In this document: positions 54,584 through 57,015 of the stretch, piece by piece | How the letters are laid out: the number at the start of each line of letters is the position of its first letter | Numbering within the stretch: position 1 is the first letter of the stretch | Source of the DNA: Octopus bimaculoides | Taxonomy: Eukaryota | Assembly (NCBI RefSeq): GCF_001194135.2 | Contig: NC_068992.1 | Span: 19,918,935 to 19,975,949 of the forward strand | Reading direction: 5' to 3' | Length of the DNA: 57,015 nt | Notes under the pieces: model-generated | What the model saw: the letters and a program-made list of their open reading frames with translations, nothing else | Told to the model about the DNA's origin: nothing | Database searches by the model: none | Position numbers and translations under genes: made by a program

Positions 54584-55914
54584 ACATGCGTATATATATA
54601 TATATATAATGAGTGAAATAGAGAAATATATAAATATATAAACAGAGAGATAGATAGAATGATAGATAGATTGATAGATAGTCAGATAGACAGATATCTA
54701 TCTATGATACATAGATAGATAGGTAGATATAGATATATAGACATACGTGTAAATATATACACACATATATATGTATAGAAATACACACACACACACACAC
54801 ACACGCACACACACCCACACACATACACATATATATATGAATGTGTGCATGTGTCTCGGAGAGTGTAGATGTTTGTTTATGTGTATTTATGTGTTCGTGT
54901 CTATTATATATTGGTTGTCATGCGGTGGTGGAGCTCCAGGTATTTATAAGACGTAAGGAGACGCTTATTTTCTAAGCTAATAATGTTGTTTAACTTGATA
55001 TTCTCCAAAGTTGATGCCGACAGAAGTAAAGTTTCATTGATGCAGCATCTTTATATAAATACTAAGGCAAAAAAAAAACAATTAGTGCAGAAATGAAGAG
55101 AGATACTACAGATATGTACGAGCTGAAACATCATTAAATCTTCGAGATATTGCCGAATGCTAGGCGATATTGACCTTGTTAATGTTAGTGTTTGTAGAAT
55201 TTACTGGCAAAGAATACATTATAGCAGGCTATAATCAAATTAACATGTAATTACATCAATATACAATCGCTATCCTTTTTAATTAGGTAGTCAATTAATC
55301 CTATATTTGTGCTAATTACTGCAGAGTTGGAAAGCACCGAAGATGATTAACTTCCGCTGACATTGTCCAGTTTATAAAAAAAAAAATTGAAAAAATTTCT
55401 TTTCTCACACAGCCAGAGTAATGTTTGCTAACACCATATCCATTTCGTTTGTCGCCGTAACTTTATGCATGATGTGTAAATATTAAAATTTTCTAACACC
55501 CTTATTTTCATATAATTATGCTGTTAATCCTTCTGGGGTTCTTTTAGGTTTGTTTTCATCTTTAGTCAATAATGTGTTTATGCGCTTTGAATTGGTGCCA
55601 TGCGAGACCTGCGAGAGATTTCTAGTGTGTATCATATTTAAGCAATATTTTACTTAGGAAACAAACCCACGTATTTGCAATGTAGTTTATCAATATTGTA
55701 TTTCTATGATTGTAATGAAATTCAACATGTAGGATTTCATCTGAAATTTGTCGTGGAATAGTTCTAGTTCTGGATTGTTGGTTTATTGAGTATTACTATT
55801 GCTTCGTAAGACGCACATAGTGTTTCTTTGACGTTGGTAATAAAGGGAGATAGATGGTGATGTATTTGAGTAGGAGCGACAGGAGGAATATTGCTAGTAT
55901 GTAGAATGAAGAAA

Positions 55915-56126
55915 TCGGTGAGCTAGCAGAATCGTCAGCTGGGCAGGCAAAAAAAGCTTAGCTGCATTTCGAATGTCTTTACATTTTGAATTCAAGTCCG
56001 ACGAGGTCGACTTTGACATTCATCCTTTCCTGGTCGATAAAATGAGTACCGGTTGAAGATTGGGCCTGATGTAATTGACTAAGCTCCCTTCTTGAATTTA
56101 CAGCCCTTGTGCCAAAATTTGCAACC
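55915..56126 (+). mobile_element. Full-length diverged CORE-like SINE (family 1)
   Basis: cggtgagctagcagaatcgtcagc...gaattcaagtccgacgaggtcgactttgacattcatcctttcctggtcgataaaatgagtaccgg...cccttgtgcc. Confidence 0.85.
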
Positions 56127-56847
56127 AGTATGCAGAATGAAGAGCATTAACAACTACAACAGAATCCTGGAGCACAGGATTTCATAGACGGGAAATCTGA
56201 TTACCTTAAACATTTTAAACATGTTTTTCCACATGACTGTTGTTTTACAGATGGCTTGAATTCCGAAGCAATTCGACACAAAATTTGATTACTGCAAGTG
56301 TTCAGTACAATCTTTTGCGAGTCAGGTGGTGTTTCAGTGCAATAAATATTCTCGATCAGGACTGTGTCGCTCTTCGTCGGAATTGGTATCCAATTGGATA
56401 CATCAACTAAACCATGTTCAAAGTGACTCTGGGAGGTAATGTTTTATTGTAAATAAGGGGAAATGATGCCAAATATTATTTTAAAGGAATGGTGAAAAAG
56501 AAAGGATGAATTATAACTGCTTGGCTTATGTTAAAAAATTGTTGAATTATGTGACAGATAAAGAACTCGAGACCAAATTGTGTGTGTGTGTGGGGGGGGG
56601 GTTAAACTTATATTCTTAACGAATTGTTAAAGTTTGTGAGAATAAATTTTCAAAAGAGCATTGGTAAATGTAGTTTCAGTCTTTTAATTTAACCGTATGA
56701 TCTTTTTTATATTATTCCTGCAGAAAAAGAGTGTCAAAAGAAAAGATTTATTTCCTGAATTTAGGGGTGGGAAAGGGAAATAAATGGGTATTGTATAGTT
56801 GTTGTTGACCATTGCATTTCTCCTATAGGCAATTCTCGTGTCTACAT

Positions 56848-56972
56848 CTATGTATGTATGTATGTATGTATGTATGTATGTATGTATGTATGTATGTATG
56901 TATCTATCTATCTCTTTCTCTCGCTCTTTCTTTCTCTCTCTCTCTCCCTCTTTCTCTCTCTCTCTCTCACTA

Positions 56973-57015
<43 letters not shown>
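56848..57015 (+). repeat. (TATG)n-(TATC)-(CT)n-(TA)n compound microsatellite
   Basis: Read directly. Confidence 0.95.

Noticed and set aside
56251-56410. Acceptor followed by WLEFRSNS, reminiscent of a CUB-domain strand
   Set aside because: The expected GF.A.Y motif and cysteines do not follow, and there is no convincing donor.

Overview
Eukaryotic, AT-rich, repeat-dense scaffold with 19 N-gaps, almost all abutting microsatellites. The repeat families and microsatellite load look like an octopus (coleoid cephalopod) draft assembly; this is inferred from recalled repeat families, not verified. I can support no host protein-coding gene. Nearly all ORFs in the track are microsatellite translations or span gaps. 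What is supportable: (i) three to four tRNA-derived SINE families, three copies with clean 11-12 bp target-site duplications; (ii) an uninterrupted 82-codon 3' fragment of an R4/Dong-like RLE retrotransposon inside an (AAT)n array; (iii) decayed RTE-type RT and mariner transposase relics; (iv) two unexplained long inverted repeats (7999-8403 and 9664-9788). The most system-like pattern is a set of (AAT)n arrays acting as shared insertion sites for several retroposon families. The CORE-like SINE and the R4/Dong-like LINE occupy these arrays in opposite polarity, and chimeras and module-swapped SINEs occur nearby. This is mobile-element biology. I found no evidence of a novel enzymatic or defence system.
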